Of a DNA stretch of 64,000 nt, positions 50,591-61,257 are shown piece after piece. The stretch's first letter is position 1. The number at the start of each line of letters is the position of its first letter. Source of the stretch: Candidatus Poribacteria bacterium (GTDB lineage Bacteria; Poribacteria; WGA-4E; WGA-3G); the NCBI GenBank assembly GCA_963663765.2, contig CAXXUA010000005.1:512001-576000 (forward strand), in the 5' to 3' direction. A program made the translations under genes and the position numbers. The notes below the pieces were generated by a model. That model did no database searches and had not been told where the DNA came from. It worked only from the letters and a program-made list of their open reading frames with translations.

Positions 50591-51235
50591 CTAAATTTCA
50601 TGCCGAAGTTGTAAAACTGACTCAGCAATAGAGATAAGATTCGGATTGATAGTCAGTGCTTGTTTGTAAGCGTCAACAGCCTTATCTATTCTACCCAACC
50701 TCAAGTAAACGTGCCCCATGCCAGCATAAGCACCAAAATGATGAGGATTGAGTTTAATGGTCTGTTTACAATCTGAAAGCGCATTTTCCCATGCTTCCAA
50801 CACAAAATATGCAATTGCTCGTTGGTTATATCCTTCGGCAAAATTGGGTGCTGCTGCAATAACTGCTGTAAACTGTTCCACCGCTTCTGCAATTTTCTCA
50901 TTCTCTAAGTGATTTTTTCCCTCTTTAAACATTTCGTCAATGCCTTCATCGCCAGAGCGTGACCAGATTTCCCACAACGCAATTTCAGTATTTAGGCAGG
51001 TACGAACATCGTCGTTCTTGAGGTTTTCCACTAACGCTGGAACAACATGCGTACCCCCGATCAATCCAAGCGCGATTGACGCTGCACGTCCAACAAGCGG
51101 ATCGTCATTTTTTAGATAGGTAACAAGGTTATCTTCAGAATATTGTAATCTGAGAAGTTCTTTTAAACTTGCTTCATCTTCCGCATTTTTGAACATCAGC
51201 GTCGCTAATTCCGAATAACCATTGCTTATAGGCAT
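50591..51235 (-). CDS. HEAT + TPR repeat protein
   Basis: ALGLIG HEAT repeat; FAEGYNQRA and HFGAYAGMG TPR repeats. Confidence 0.88.
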   Translation of the reverse strand: MPISNGYSELATLMFKNAEDEASLKELLRLQYSEDNLVTYLKNDDPLVGRAASIALGLIGGTHVVPALVENLKNDDVRTCLNTEIALWEIWSRSGDEGIDEMFKEGKNHLENEKIAEAVEQFTAVIAAAPNFAEGYNQRAIAYFVLEAWENALSDCKQTIKLNPHHFGAYAGMGHVYLRLGRIDKAVDAYKQALTINPNLISIAESVLQLRHEI

Positions 51236-51302
51236 GGGGCACTTCCTTACATCTCAATTTCAACAGATTATACCATATCAATATTAGATATAACAATCAG
51301 AG

Positions 51303-52274
51303 TTATTCTATTGATACCTTTGTTTTTTCTCTTGCCGATTCATACGTCGCTAACACAACAGCGACTGCGTGTTTACCACCCCTGCCATCAATCATCGGAG
51401 TTTTGTTGTCACGGATACACTCAACAAAATGGGTAAGTTCACCAACGACATGACTCGGACCGGAACGATCAGGGACGATCTCCTGCCAGTCTCTTTCACC
51501 GCGTTTCTTCACGTACGCAACATCCGATCCCATATCAAGACGGAGTGATCCTTCAGTCCCATCAATAATCGTTTCGTTGGTACCACGAGCACCAAGGAAA
51601 CCACCCCACCGCAGAATACCGACCGTACCAGTATCATAACGAATGAGCGAGACGGTATAGTCCTCCCAATCGTCATGACCTGAAAAACTACCTACCTCTG
51701 CAGCCACGGTGAGCGCTGTGCCACCAAACCAGTTGATGAGATCGGACTTATGGATACCGTTTTCTAACAAACCACCGACAGTGCCATACCAACTCTCTGG
51801 TCGGTTACGTGGTGCATTGTAGGGACCCGTATAGTCGGTCTCAATGTAGACAACATCGCCAATGTCACCCGCATCTACCATCTTTTTTCCGAGGGCATGG
51901 ACAGGATAGAATCGTAGCACTTGTCCTACCATTATATGGGTACCTGCCTTGTCTGAGGCTTCAATCATTTCGTCTGCTTCTTTGAGCGTTAAGGACAGTG
52001 GTTTTTCACAGAAGGCATGTATGCCTGCTTCTGCTGCATCAACGACAACTTTTGTATGTGTTACAGGTGGCGTCGCAACAACGACACCATCAACAAGTGG
52101 AAAAAGCTCTTGATAGTCTTCAAACGCAAGGATGTTGTGTTTTTCTGCGACGGCTTTTGCTGCATCAAGCCGCAGATCCGCGACACCTACAAATTCACAG
52201 TTTTCTACGTTGGGGAGTGAGTTACAATGGGAATTTCCCATCCCCCCTACTCCAATAACACCTATTCGAATCAT
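51303..52274 (-). CDS. Gfo/Idh/MocA family oxidoreductase
   Basis: GVGGMG, CEKP and GGLLENGIH motifs. Confidence 0.93.
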   Translation of the reverse strand: MIRIGVIGVGGMGNSHCNSLPNVENCEFVGVADLRLDAAKAVAEKHNILAFEDYQELFPLVDGVVVATPPVTHTKVVVDAAEAGIHAFCEKPLSLTLKEADEMIEASDKAGTHIMVGQVLRFYPVHALGKKMVDAGDIGDVVYIETDYTGPYNAPRNRPESWYGTVGGLLENGIHKSDLINWFGGTALTVAAEVGSFSGHDDWEDYTVSLIRYDTGTVGILRWGGFLGARGTNETIIDGTEGSLRLDMGSDVAYVKKRGERDWQEIVPDRSGPSHVVGELTHFVECIRDNKTPMIDGRGGKHAVAVVLATYESAREKTKVSIE

Positions 52275-52373
52275 AAATTTATCCCCCTCTTATAGGTAAA
52301 GTTTTTTCTTTAGAATTTACCTTAAATTGGAGTTGGTGTCAATGGGTTTATTGGATGTGCATAGTAAGATGTA

Positions 52374-53132
52374 TACGAGTTGTGCTAAATAACTTTTAGC
52401 AATCAAATGTTTCACACAATAAATGTTTCTGTAAATGTCCTTCATTAGTTGGGACGCTTTTTAGTCCCGTATGAAGATTAAGTTGTACCAATTCAAATAA
52501 ATCTTGTCTCATTAAGGAATTCTAATGTTTACTGGCAGGGGGTTACTCTCTTCGGTAGGAGCGACTTCCCGGTCGCGACCGGGAAGTCGCTCCTACCAGA
52601 TTTCCGCTGCTAATGAGACATTATCACATGAAAATGGTATTATTAAACGGGTAGTATTAGTTTTCCCAAACTCGGTAGGTGCGGTTTCCTAACCGCACTG
52701 TTGGAACATGATGTGCAAGCGCGCTTACCAAGCACCAAATCAAGAAATCAACGGTATGAATACCTTATGGTATTCCCGGGTATGAATCATGGAGCATGCC
52801 ATACGAGCATGCTTCTTTAGGCATTCCCCGCCTACCAGTGTGGGTTTGATAGAATTACCTCATAAGCGTCAATTTAAGGATTTTGACCTCTTGTGGGAGG
52901 GGTTTTCAACCCCGATTTTACGCGCTTTTCCTCTCAAATCGGGGTTGAAAACCCCTCCCACAAGAGAAACACTAACACTTTTTTCTTAAATTGACGCCTA
53001 TGGGGTTTGATAGAATTACCTCATTTATTTATTAATCTTCATACGGGACTAAAGACATGGACAACATGGTATCACATAAAATTAACGGCATAGCAAAATA
53101 TTATCAAAAATATTGAAAACTGAATACCCCTG
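52374..53132. mobile_element. Cluster of nested MITE/REP-like repeats
   Basis: Left end matches the 23664 MITE and right end matches the 46123 MITE (inverted); perfect 44-bp palindrome at 52554-52597; long hairpin at 52888-52966. Confidence 0.85.
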
Positions 53133-53207
53133 GCTGTATATTACTTTCACTTGACTATTATAATGTTACATGTTAAAATTCCTGCAAAATCTGCAGGGAG
53201 AAGATAT

Positions 53208-54983
53208 ATGACACTAATAACTTTGTTTGATCAAGCAGTTCAAGAATACGGTGATAAACCCGCATTAGCACATAAACCAAAAGGTGGAACCTATCAAGAT
53301 ATTACCTACACAGAATTTGGCGAATCGGTAGATGCTTTCAGCAAGGGATTGCAAACTTTGGGTGTAGAAAAAGGGGATAGAGTAGCAATCTTATCGGAGA
53401 ATCGACCTGAATGGGCAATATCAGACTTTGGAATTCTCAGAGCATGTGCAGTCAACGTTCCAATGTTTTCTACACTGACTTCAGCACAAGTCGGATTTAT
53501 ACTCAAAGATTCTGGTGCTAAAATTATCTGTGTCTCTACAAATGAGCAGTTGAAGAAAGTAAACTCTATCACCGATGATTTACCTGCATTGGAAAAGATC
53601 GTCATATATAATGAGATGGAAGAAGAAATACCTGAAGGGGTAAGTCAGTTTGTTGATGTATGCAAACTGGGTAAGGATACCGACATCCAATTAGACAGTG
53701 TTGCTGATGATGAAGAAATCGCAACTATAATCTATACCTCTGGTACTACTGGAAATCCTAAAGGAGTTATGCTTACGCATGCCAATTTCATTTCAAACTT
53801 TAATGCTGCAAAAACCCTGATAGATGTTAGCGATTCTGATGTCTTGTTATCATTTTTGCCTTTGTCACATGTGTTTGAACGTCTTGGAGGTCACTATGTA
53901 CCGATATTCTCAGGGGCAAAGGTAGCTTATGCTGAAAGTACATTTACTGTCGCACAGAACATGCAAGAGGTATCACCAACTGTGATGCTCAGTGTACCCC
54001 GTTTATATGAAACAATGCATGATCGAGTTTTGCGTGCTGTACAAGCAGGTTCATCGTTGAAACAGAAGATATTTCATTGGGGAGTATCAGTAGGTTCAAA
54101 AGTAAGTTCTGCAATTCAGCAAGGGAAGAGTCCATCTGCGATATTACAATTGAAGCGGAACATAGCAGACAAATTAGTCTTTGCAAAATTGAAAACTGCA
54201 ACAGGTGGGAATCTGCGATTTTTTATTTCAGGAGGCGCAGCCTTACCACAGTCAATTGCAGAATTCTTTCATGCAGCAGGTATTTTGATATTAGAAGGCT
54301 ATGGTCTAACAGAAACCTCACCGGTCATCAGTCTGAACCATCCAGAAAAATGGAAATTTGGGACAGTAGGAACTCCTATCCTCGATATAGAAGTAAAAAT
54401 TGCTGAAGATGGCGAAATTCTAACTCGCGGTCCACATGTGATGAAAGGTTATTTCAACAACGATTCCGCTACAGCAGAAGTAATTGATGCTGAGGGTTGG
54501 TTTCACACTGGCGATATAGGAATCATTGATGAGGAAGGATTTCTCAAGATAACTGACAGGAAAAAGAATATCATTGTCTTGTCAAATGGTAAGAATGTTG
54601 CTCCTCAACCTATTGAGAGCCAACTGGTGCAAAGTCCGTATGTAAATCAGATCATGCTGTTAGGTAATGAACGCAAAAACATTGCAGCACTCATCGTTCC
54701 AAATTTTGATGCACTTAAATCATGGGCAGCAGATAATGAAGTAGACAGCAGTGACATATCTGATCTATTAAAGAAACGTGAAGTAGAACAACTGATCCAG
54801 AAAGAGATACGTGATCGTCTTTCAGATTTCGCTGATTTTGAACAAGTACGCCGGTTTACGTTGCTTGAAAAGGAATTCTCACAAGAAGAGGATGAGATGA
54901 CTCCTACATTGAAATTGAAACGGAATGTTATCATTCAAAAATATGCTGATGTGATACAGGAAATGTATCCAGAAGAATCGTAG
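53208..54983 (+). CDS. Long-chain fatty acid--CoA ligase
   Basis: YTSGTTGNPKG, EGYGLTE, FHTGDIG and TPTLKLKR motifs. Confidence 0.93.
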   Translation: MTLITLFDQAVQEYGDKPALAHKPKGGTYQDITYTEFGESVDAFSKGLQTLGVEKGDRVAILSENRPEWAISDFGILRACAVNVPMFSTLTSAQVGFILKDSGAKIICVSTNEQLKKVNSITDDLPALEKIVIYNEMEEEIPEGVSQFVDVCKLGKDTDIQLDSVADDEEIATIIYTSGTTGNPKGVMLTHANFISNFNAAKTLIDVSDSDVLLSFLPLSHVFERLGGHYVPIFSGAKVAYAESTFTVAQNMQEVSPTVMLSVPRLYETMHDRVLRAVQAGSSLKQKIFHWGVSVGSKVSSAIQQGKSPSAILQLKRNIADKLVFAKLKTATGGNLRFFISGGAALPQSIAEFFHAAGILILEGYGLTETSPVISLNHPEKWKFGTVGTPILDIEVKIAEDGEILTRGPHVMKGYFNNDSATAEVIDAEGWFHTGDIGIIDEEGFLKITDRKKNIIVLSNGKNVAPQPIESQLVQSPYVNQIMLLGNERKNIAALIVPNFDALKSWAADNEVDSSDISDLLKKREVEQLIQKEIRDRLSDFADFEQVRRFTLLEKEFSQEEDEMTPTLKLKRNVIIQKYADVIQEMYPEES

Positions 54984-55019
54984 TCTTATGTGCTTCTTTA
55001 AGTAGTGATTGCTTTTATT

Positions 55020-55916
55020 TTATGAAGGGACAAGGACATTAAGACCGTGTTTCACAATCTCAATTGAAGCAGGTGTTTCACACATCGGTTCCCCATCTGC
55101 ATATAGCATAACTGGTGGGTCAGTTTGTATAGTTAGTTTGCGCGTCTGATGTATTTCCACAGCAGGATGTGAGACGTGTCCTCCCCAGAAAAGTGTAACC
55201 ATCAATCTTAGTATTGTAAACGCTGGGAGAGCATGGATTATGCAGACATCAAAAATGCCATCATCCATCTGTGCTGAAGGTACGATCTTAAATCCCCCAC
55301 CGTAACTTTTTGTATTTCCTGTTGCTGCAAGTAAAATCTTATCTTCATAAATGCCAAAGTCACCTTCAATTCGAGCATGCGGACATCTGTAATCTGATAG
55401 TGTCGCGATTGCTGCATAAAGGTAGGAAGCAGTTCCAGAAAATGGTGTCTCCCGTGACGCCCCTCGTTTACTTACCTCTGTATCGTAACCACAGGTCGTG
55501 ATTGTCGCAAAATAATGTTTACTCCCTTTTTCCGAATAAACTACCCCCAAATCAATAGGTTTAATGTTACCAGAGAGTAAGATTTGAATGGCATTGTGCA
55601 TTTTTTTGGGAATACCAATGGCAGTAGCTAAATCATTGCCACGTCCGCATGGAACTATGCCTAAAGTAACATCAGGTATTCCTACAATACCATTAACAAC
55701 TTCGTGAAGTGTACCATCACCACCACAGACTATCACTCGCTTAATTCCATTTGAGACAGCCTGTTTTGCAAAACGTTTTGCATCACCTGTGCCTGTCGTC
55801 AGTCTTAGCTCACCAATTTGTTTTTCGGCTTTTAGTGTGAATTGTACCTGTTCTGCAACATTTTTTGCTTTGCCTTTACCAGAAATCGGGTTTGCTATTA
55901 GGACATAATCTTCCAT
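55020..55916 (-). CDS. Diacylglycerol kinase family (YegS/BmrU-like) lipid kinase
   Basis: NPISG, GGDGTLHE, GRGNDLA and ADGE motifs. Confidence 0.92.
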   Translation of the reverse strand: MEDYVLIANPISGKGKAKNVAEQVQFTLKAEKQIGELRLTTGTGDAKRFAKQAVSNGIKRVIVCGGDGTLHEVVNGIVGIPDVTLGIVPCGRGNDLATAIGIPKKMHNAIQILLSGNIKPIDLGVVYSEKGSKHYFATITTCGYDTEVSKRGASRETPFSGTASYLYAAIATLSDYRCPHARIEGDFGIYEDKILLAATGNTKSYGGGFKIVPSAQMDDGIFDVCIIHALPAFTILRLMVTLFWGGHVSHPAVEIHQTRKLTIQTDPPVMLYADGEPMCETPASIEIVKHGLNVLVPS

Positions 55917-55965
55917 ATACTTACCCCTTAGAATACTGCATTGCTTAGATTAGATGACATAACTA

Positions 55966-58900
55966 TTACTTTATTACAGCAATTTTACCAACTTTTCTAT
56001 GAGAACCATATTTCAAAATATAAATATAAGTACCAGATGCAACATCCCCGATATTACCATTTGTTAACCACCATACTTTTTTATTCAGATCTGAATCAGT
56101 AACATTCAATTTTTCAAGTAGTTCACCTTTAGGTGTGAATAGTTGGATTTTTGTGCCATCGGGTACATTGTCAAAGGAAACCGCACCTTTGTCTGATTGG
56201 TTCGGTCGCACAGGGTTCGGGTAGACACGTAACTGCGTAAGGTCTGAGAATTCAGTTTTAGTTATACCTTGTTGAAGTTCAATATTCCTAATTGCTGACC
56301 AAATAGGATTCTCATCAATATCTGTGACATTAGATACTGCAATCTCATAACGATTGTTTGATTCTAATACCATATCTTGTAAATGATCTATGTTATATGA
56401 AAGTAGTGCTCTTGTTCCCATCTTATCTCGTATCGCAGACATCGGTTTTACACCATGCAATTGATCTGTTTTTCTCAATAAATAACTCTGAACATTACCA
56501 ATAGATGAACTCATCTGTCTATCAAAGTTTACAATTATCCAATTTGGTGATAAGAATGAAACCCTAATTATTTTTGGAGTTTCAAGAGGTGTAGCTGAAT
56601 CTGCTTTACTATGTGCTGTCTCCGCTCCAGTTTCTATCATTGCGGTAACTGAATACCAATAGGTAGTTCCAGATTCTGCTTTTCCATCTAAGTATTTCTG
56701 AGATGTGATGTTTTCAGCAATAACTTTAAACATATCGTTAGGTGGTTCAATACCTTTTTCACCAGTAGCACGATATACATTATAGGCATTCAACACTTCA
56801 GATTCCTGGGTGGAATCCCATGTGACTTCAACGACTTTTGCTGTTAATGGTTTAGCATTTACATTCCAAGGTGTAAGTTTTGATATAGAACTTTCATTAA
56901 ATGCAAAGACTGTTTCCAATATGCTCAGACCTTCGTCACCATTGATATAGAGTTCCTGGAATCCATTATCGTTTATATCAGCTGCAAGTAGTGAAGGTGT
57001 ATTTGCAACTTTTCTGTGGTATTCTGGTGCAAACCTTGTTCCATTCCATTTCAGTATATATAGATTTGGATAGGTGAGTAGAACCAGTTCGTTTACTTTA
57101 TCACCATCAACGTCTGCAATTGCAATACTGTTTCCACTCGTTTTATAAGGTGCAATGGATTGTTCCCAGATAGGAAGGTACTGCCCTGAAACATAAGTAT
57201 AGACAACAAACTTCCAGATAGGTGATATTGATGGAATATCTGGTAGGGATACAGTGCCACCAATAACAAACTCAGATCTACCATCACCAGTAAGGTCTCC
57301 TGATGTAATAAACATAAGATCTTCTATTGATGTTTGCGTTTGCCATTGTAGACTATAGTTGTCATTTGAGAAATTTGAATATATGAACAATTCACCTTCA
57401 CTATCGCCGAACACCATATCAGTGTTACCATCTATATTGAAATCACCAAGTGCAAAGTTTCGTGAATATACATTTTTACCTGCTGTTTCATTTGGTAACT
57501 CTGCAATCCTGTCAAATTGGTTGTTGCCTCTATTCTCCAAAATAAGTATTCTGTCGTTATTGTTGTCAATCCCGATTATTTCTTTATTACCATCACCGTC
57601 AAGATCAGCAATTTTTCCACTTGAAATGAACGGAGACTCCCAAACTATCTGCTTAGGATACCCATTTGGAACAATACTTTCTATAAGAAAGGCGCGACTT
57701 TTGTCTCTTGCCAGAATTTCCTGTAAACCGTCATTGTCAACATCTGCTACAGACAATGGTGTGAATGAGTTTAAATCGATCTCTGATTTCAAAGGTTGAG
57801 AAGATGCTGCAACCATTATGTTATTGGACAGTGTGTGTACCATTTGGTATTTTCCAGATGGTGTACGTTCGTATACAACCAAACTATGTTTTGAATCCGA
57901 TAGTCCTGTATTGGAATTTAACAGAGGCGTTCCTATTATTTCAAAAAAACCATCATTATCAAAGTCTGCAGACACATCTGCAATATGGTGTGGGTCTATT
58001 CCAAGACCTATTTCAGTGAAACCATGTGGTGAAATACTTCCGTTTTGCACATCAAATATATAATACATTCCGTTGTTATCATCAATCGTCTGCAAACCAA
58101 TGGTATTCTGAGCGGAGAAGTAGAACTGATATTGACCAATCTCCAAACTGATTGAGAATATATGCTCTTTTCCCAGTGAACTTGACTCAATAGAAGTAAA
58201 AGGTGAATTATGACCAATCTTTCGATAATAAAGATTACTATTAGATACATCGTCCGTGGCGCAGCTGAATATAGAAACCGACTTATCACCATATAGTGTC
58301 TCAATTGCAGAAATGGAAGATATTTGTGTCTGCGTGTTGTCAACTGAAATTACAACCTGATCTTGTGTTTGGCTACCATCTCTACCCATTACTACGAGAC
58401 GTATAGTGTATTCACCTTTAGGTAGAGTAGATGTATTCCAAACGGCTAATTGTTCATCTACTTTATGTGAAGCGTTAAGATCAGTAATCGGAACAAAGTT
58501 AGTTGGAACCTTTGAATTCTCATAAAACAACTGCCAAGATTCAAACTTATATCCCGTAGCGGTTCCGACAATTGTTATTGAGTTTGTACCACCGCTGTTT
58601 GTTTCTGGCGAATGTATTTTTGCTTGTAAGACGCTACTTGTCAACAAAGCTCGGAAAGCATTCACACTACCAGAACCAACAAGATTCGGATCAGGTTCAA
58701 TGCCATCTATTATTGGAATCACGTCAGCTGAATTGATGAGTATATGCCTAATCTCCTCATGAGTGAGTGAAGGACGTTTTGAAAGCATTAAAGCTGCAAC
58801 ACCAGATACATGCGCTGCAGCCATTGAAGTACCAGTTAATGTTCTATAACCGTTGTTTATATGCGTACTGAGTATCGCATTTCCAGGTGCACTGATGTCA

Positions 58901-60006
58901 ACGGAAGCCCCAAAGTTTGATTTATAGAAACGTTCTCTGTTTTGGTTGGAAGAAGCGACTGAGATTACCTTACGGAAACCCGCAGGAAATATACTATCTG
59001 ATTCACCTGAATTGCCTGCAGCACCAACTAACACAACACCATGCTTATGAGCATAATTAATCGCATCTTTAATAACATAAGACTGTTGTTTGCTACCCCA
59101 ACTCATATTGATGATATTTGCACCGTTATCCGCTGCATATACAATCGCAGCCGCGGAATCATCATCTTGCATTCGTGCTCCACCACCTAAAGAAAGCCCT
59201 GCGCGAACTGCCATTAGGCTGCAATTCCAAGCAACACCTGCAATCCCGATCCCATTATCCGGCAAGGCACCAGCAATCCCTGCAACATGTGTGCCATGAC
59301 CAGATTCATCTATGGGTTCATTATCACCTACAGTATAATCTCCTTCAGCTTGTAAACTCGGTGCATCGGTAAAATCCCAACCGTGGACATCATCAATATA
59401 ACCGTTCTCGTCATCGTCTATTCCATTGTCAGGTATTTCATTGGGATTGACCCAAACCTTTGAAACAAGGTCATCGTGTCTGTAATCTATACCAGAATCA
59501 ACGATTGCGATTATGACGTCGCGAGAACCCTTCTCAATTTTCCACCCTTTAGGTAGTTGCATCAACGGCAGACCCCACTGTTCTTTGAATTTTGGGTCGT
59601 TTGGAACAATTCTATCGGCTAATGTAGGACGCAGATAATTGTATACAACTTCCTCAATCAAGTTGCTCTCTTCTAATGCTGTTTTGAGTTTTAAAAGGTT
59701 TGCAGTTAGGGAAAACCGTAATAGAAATGTCCGATGCAATCTGGTTTTGTGCTTCTTTATCGCGTGAGAATCAGATAGTATAGGTCTATATGAATCAATG
59801 TTGTGCTGATCAAATAGGACGGCAATCGGTGATTTGGCTTCTAACGCTTGCAGTTCTGATAACGCATCGGGTGTTATACAGACTAATAACTCACCCGGAG
59901 TGATCTCAGGTGGTGTCGCATGACTATTCATGGGAATTAGCAGTATTAACCAGATACTCAACTTTGACAATTGGAACAGAAATTGGAATGGTGTCAAAGT
60001 ATTCAT
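55966..60006 (-). CDS. Secreted S8 subtilase with FG-GAP-like repeats, FN3 and C-terminal Ig-like tail
   Basis: AIVDSG, GHGTHVAG and GTSMA catalytic triad; DxDxDG repeats; VYPNP...GTYIY...KIAVIK tail. Confidence 0.92.
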   Translation of the reverse strand: MNTLTPFQFLFQLSKLSIWLILLIPMNSHATPPEITPGELLVCITPDALSELQALEAKSPIAVLFDQHNIDSYRPILSDSHAIKKHKTRLHRTFLLRFSLTANLLKLKTALEESNLIEEVVYNYLRPTLADRIVPNDPKFKEQWGLPLMQLPKGWKIEKGSRDVIIAIVDSGIDYRHDDLVSKVWVNPNEIPDNGIDDDENGYIDDVHGWDFTDAPSLQAEGDYTVGDNEPIDESGHGTHVAGIAGALPDNGIGIAGVAWNCSLMAVRAGLSLGGGARMQDDDSAAAIVYAADNGANIINMSWGSKQQSYVIKDAINYAHKHGVVLVGAAGNSGESDSIFPAGFRKVISVASSNQNRERFYKSNFGASVDISAPGNAILSTHINNGYRTLTGTSMAAAHVSGVAALMLSKRPSLTHEEIRHILINSADVIPIIDGIEPDPNLVGSGSVNAFRALLTSSVLQAKIHSPETNSGGTNSITIVGTATGYKFESWQLFYENSKVPTNFVPITDLNASHKVDEQLAVWNTSTLPKGEYTIRLVVMGRDGSQTQDQVVISVDNTQTQISSISAIETLYGDKSVSIFSCATDDVSNSNLYYRKIGHNSPFTSIESSSLGKEHIFSISLEIGQYQFYFSAQNTIGLQTIDDNNGMYYIFDVQNGSISPHGFTEIGLGIDPHHIADVSADFDNDGFFEIIGTPLLNSNTGLSDSKHSLVVYERTPSGKYQMVHTLSNNIMVAASSQPLKSEIDLNSFTPLSVADVDNDGLQEILARDKSRAFLIESIVPNGYPKQIVWESPFISSGKIADLDGDGNKEIIGIDNNNDRILILENRGNNQFDRIAELPNETAGKNVYSRNFALGDFNIDGNTDMVFGDSEGELFIYSNFSNDNYSLQWQTQTSIEDLMFITSGDLTGDGRSEFVIGGTVSLPDIPSISPIWKFVVYTYVSGQYLPIWEQSIAPYKTSGNSIAIADVDGDKVNELVLLTYPNLYILKWNGTRFAPEYHRKVANTPSLLAADINDNGFQELYINGDEGLSILETVFAFNESSISKLTPWNVNAKPLTAKVVEVTWDSTQESEVLNAYNVYRATGEKGIEPPNDMFKVIAENITSQKYLDGKAESGTTYWYSVTAMIETGAETAHSKADSATPLETPKIIRVSFLSPNWIIVNFDRQMSSSIGNVQSYLLRKTDQLHGVKPMSAIRDKMGTRALLSYNIDHLQDMVLESNNRYEIAVSNVTDIDENPIWSAIRNIELQQGITKTEFSDLTQLRVYPNPVRPNQSDKGAVSFDNVPDGTKIQLFTPKGELLEKLNVTDSDLNKKVWWLTNGNIGDVASGTYIYILKYGSHRKVGKIAVIK

Positions 60007-60012
60007 ACGATG

Positions 60013-60960
60013 TTATTCCGGTAATTCAAGTTCATCCTCGTCGTTTTCACCTAACAGGACATCGGTTATTTTTCCTGTTTTATCATCAATGACTGCTATG
60101 GCGAGATTGCCCCATCCGTGATTATAAAAACTTACCGTCCAAGCAAATCCTTGAAACCAAGCATATTCACGAACAGTTTGATGATTTTCTACTACAAATT
60201 TAATACGCAAATCTGATTTAGCAATAAGTAGGATTTTATCAGCTTTCTTTGTTGGTATTATCTTTGGCTGGACGATAGGATTTTGTCTCTCTTTACCAAG
60301 TATTACATTTGAAGGTAATGATATCGGATTTCGTTTTGCTATAGTCCGGAGCAAGGTTGCATGTCGGAGATAATCATCCCGATGTTGTTTGTATGTTTTT
60401 AATCCATATTCTATAGGAATATTATCATACTGTGCAGCACACATTTCAGCTGCATCCGCTTCCAACCGAAGGACTCTTGCAAAATCCTTTTTCATTTCAG
60501 CTTGCTCTTGTAGTTCACAAATAAAAGTTGCATAAATCCCAAATTCATAAAATCTGTCAGGATAGTGAGGTAGCCAAACTGCTATGAATTTTGCTATCTT
60601 CTTACGTTCCTGTTTGAGTACTACTTCTGGTGTTTTTGAGTTTTTCCAAGCTGCTTTTGCTTTTTTGATGTGATATTCGCGTTGTTCTTGAATTTCCAGT
60701 GCTTCTACTTCTGCTCGTTCAACCCATTTTTTGTATCCGTGCTTTTTATAGTAATTTAGACTGATTTCGTTCATCGGTACGGAAATTAGATTGAGACATT
60801 CAGCTGCTGTCTCATGCCAAAGAGCAAGCCTACCGTAATCGCCACGTTGTGTGTAAATCCTGATAAAGATATTTGCATTTGCAGTACCTTCAAAGATGGC
60901 ATCACACGGTGTGTTTGAGATCAATAGGCTAAAGAAAATCAGAAAAATATATGCCCGCAT
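60013..60960 (-). CDS. Hypothetical secreted protein
   Basis: Signal peptide; 6 bp upstream of the subtilase; internal A(A)E(C/M)...P repeat. Confidence 0.75.
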   Translation of the reverse strand: MRAYIFLIFFSLLISNTPCDAIFEGTANANIFIRIYTQRGDYGRLALWHETAAECLNLISVPMNEISLNYYKKHGYKKWVERAEVEALEIQEQREYHIKKAKAAWKNSKTPEVVLKQERKKIAKFIAVWLPHYPDRFYEFGIYATFICELQEQAEMKKDFARVLRLEADAAEMCAAQYDNIPIEYGLKTYKQHRDDYLRHATLLRTIAKRNPISLPSNVILGKERQNPIVQPKIIPTKKADKILLIAKSDLRIKFVVENHQTVREYAWFQGFAWTVSFYNHGWGNLAIAVIDDKTGKITDVLLGENDEDELELPE

Positions 60961-61257
60961 TTTATTATGAAATCATATTTACAAATTAATTTGAAAAAAT
61001 TGTTGCACAATAAATTAAAAAATGGTAGACTACCCTTAAGCCTTAAAGTGTCAGATTTGCACATTTTGCATGTCCGATGCCAGGGCTGGTTTTTTATTAT
61101 AACACAAATGTACATCTGATGCTATATGAAAACCAGCGCGCCCAAATGGAACAGTTGACAGCATCGTTCTTATTTTCTTTCCAGCATTTTCGCCTTTGGA
61201 ACTGTCAAGAAACAATTGTATATGCAGAATAAACAATCCTATAGGAGGATAAATACC

